Of a stretch of DNA of 43,990 nt, positions 42,956 to 43,990 are shown in pieces. Origin of the DNA: an uncultured bacterium (GTDB lineage: Bacteria > Hydrothermota > UBA3072); the NCBI GenBank assembly GCA_964474855.1, contig CAYYUB010000002.1, forward strand, positions 1 through 43,990, given 5' to 3'. The stretch's first letter is position 1. Every line of letters begins with the position of its first letter. Below the pieces are notes generated by a model, which worked only from the letters and a program-made list of their open reading frames with translations, was not told where the DNA came from and made no database searches. The position numbers were made by a program, and so were the translations under genes.

Positions 42956-43624
42956 TTGAAAGTAAAAGAACGGAAAGAAATTGGAACCAGAAAAGTCAAT
43001 AATCTCAGGAAAGAGGGTTGGATTCCTGGTATAATTTACGGTCACGGTGAAAAAAGCAGACCGATAATGGTTCAGGAAGAAGAACTGACAAATGTCATAC
43101 ACAAACTGCATTCCGAAGCAACATTGTTAACTCTTGACTATGAAGGAAAAGACCTTCAGGTATTAATGCGAGAGGTCAGTCGAAATCCTATGACCGAAAG
43201 ACTATTACATGTAGATTTCCAGCACATACATGAAGATGAAGAAATCAATGTTCACGTCATACTGGATTTCCAGGGCAAAGCTAAAGGCATAGAAGAAAGC
43301 GGAATATTGAACATAGAACATAGAGATTTAATAGTCAGATGTTTACCTAAAGATATACCTGAAAATATTGTTGTGGATGTCACTGCTCTTGAAATAGGAC
43401 AATCTATTCACATTAGAGATCTCAATATACCCGAGGGAGTTAAAGTAGAAGCGGATCCTTCCGCGACCGTAGTAAATATCTTATCACCCAGAAAGCTTGT
43501 GGAAGTTATACCTGTTGAAGAAGAACTCCCAATCGGCGAAGAAGCAGAAGAACCAGAGGTTATTACAAAAGAAGAAGGAAAAGAAATGCCCGAAGAACAG
43601 AAAGAAAAGGAGAGTGGCGAATAG
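42956..43624 (+). CDS. ctc: 50S ribosomal protein L25 / general stress protein Ctc (long form)
   Basis: RKEGWIPGIIYGHGEKS N-terminal L25 domain plus a Ctc C-terminal domain and an acidic tail. TTG start 5 nt after AGGAGGAG. Confidence 0.9.
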   Translation: MKVKERKEIGTRKVNNLRKEGWIPGIIYGHGEKSRPIMVQEEELTNVIHKLHSEATLLTLDYEGKDLQVLMREVSRNPMTERLLHVDFQHIHEDEEINVHVILDFQGKAKGIEESGILNIEHRDLIVRCLPKDIPENIVVDVTALEIGQSIHIRDLNIPEGVKVEADPSATVVNILSPRKLVEVIPVEEELPIGEEAEEPEVITKEEGKEMPEEQKEKESGE

Positions 43625-43990
43625 AATATCGCGCAGCAATAGGGCTTGGCAATTTCTCAGGGGAGTACAGTGGAACCAGGCATAACCTTGGAGGAAGAGT
43701 AATAAAATCAATATGTTCAGAAGAAAACTTAAGGCTCAAACCTGGTAAAGGACATTACTATTATTCGAAAAATGGAAACCTTATATTAGCCTATCCGACA
43801 ACTTTTATGAATAACAATGGAATAGCAGCCCTTGAATTAAGCGAACATTTTTTTCTCTCTCTTGAAAACATTCTTATCATTTCAGATGATATAAATTTAC
43901 CTTTCGGTAGCCTTAGATTAAGAACCAAAGGCAGTGACGGAGGACATAAAGGCTTATATTCCATAATATATCATCTTGACAGCGAAGATA
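43621..43990 (+). CDS. pth: Peptidyl-tRNA hydrolase, 3' end beyond the window; no canonical start codon
   Basis: Hand translation: (I)EYRAAIGLGNFSGEYSGTRHNLGGRVIKSI...DDINLPFGSLRLRTKGSDGGHKGL, with the Pth signatures GLGN..Y..TRHN and GG.GHNG-like. An in-frame TGA lies at 43516 and there is no ATG/GTG/TTG before the conserved N-terminus. ATA 43621 lies 8 nt after AAGGAG and overlaps the ctc TAG. Confidence 0.85.
   Translation, partial: MEYRAAIGLGNFSGEYSGTRHNLGGRVIKSICSEENLRLKPGKGHYYYSKNGNLILAYPTTFMNNNGIAALELSEHFFLSLENILIISDDINLPFGSLRLRTKGSDGGHKGLYSIIYHLDSED

Overview
Visibly AT-rich segment from a diderm (Gram-negative-type) bacterium; I cannot name the taxon. It has three parts. (1) 1-5.0 kb, minus strand: an outer-membrane biogenesis operon bamA > lipoprotein > beta-barrel protein > Skp/OmpH. 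The Skp ORF is open at nt 1 and so is missing from the ORF track. (2) 5.2-29.4 kb: a large Wzx/Wzy-type surface-polysaccharide locus. It holds five enzyme families consistent with a UDP-2,3-diacetamido-2,3-dideoxy-uronic-acid pathway (WbpA/B/E/D/I-like). It also holds an initiating sugar-phosphate transferase, four GT-B and one GT2 glycosyltransferases, Wzz/Wzy/Wzx, a clan GH-A hydrolase, and a heparinase-II/III + AsnB-amidotransferase + bi-domain-oxidoreductase + methyltransferase sub-module. A MazF-type toxin-antitoxin pair is inserted in the locus. (3) 29.4-40.5 kb: loosely packed single-gene units (three SAM methyltransferases, a lamin-tail-domain secreted protein, a porin-like protein, a cold-shock protein, a DUF2723/GT-C membrane protein). 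This is followed by a conserved housekeeping block: ispE-spoVG-tRNA-Gln-prs-ctc-pth. The most unusual signal is non-coding. Every intergenic gap between 27.9 and 40.5 kb is filled by a family of mosaic repeats built from short reusable modules. These include a perfect 42-nt inverted pair 5.2 kb apart. None of these modules occurs in the gaps outside that interval. Other points: several consensus -35/-10 promoters end only 6-9 nt before an ATG that lacks a Shine-Dalgarno sequence (leaderless-type units); two genes have an SD-positioned codon of ATA rather than a canonical start; and a DnaA-box-like cluster lies in an 853-nt gene-free gap. No rRNA, CRISPR array, transposase or integrase was seen. 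All analysis was done by eye, so motif coordinates may be off by 1-2 nt and identities are hand estimates.
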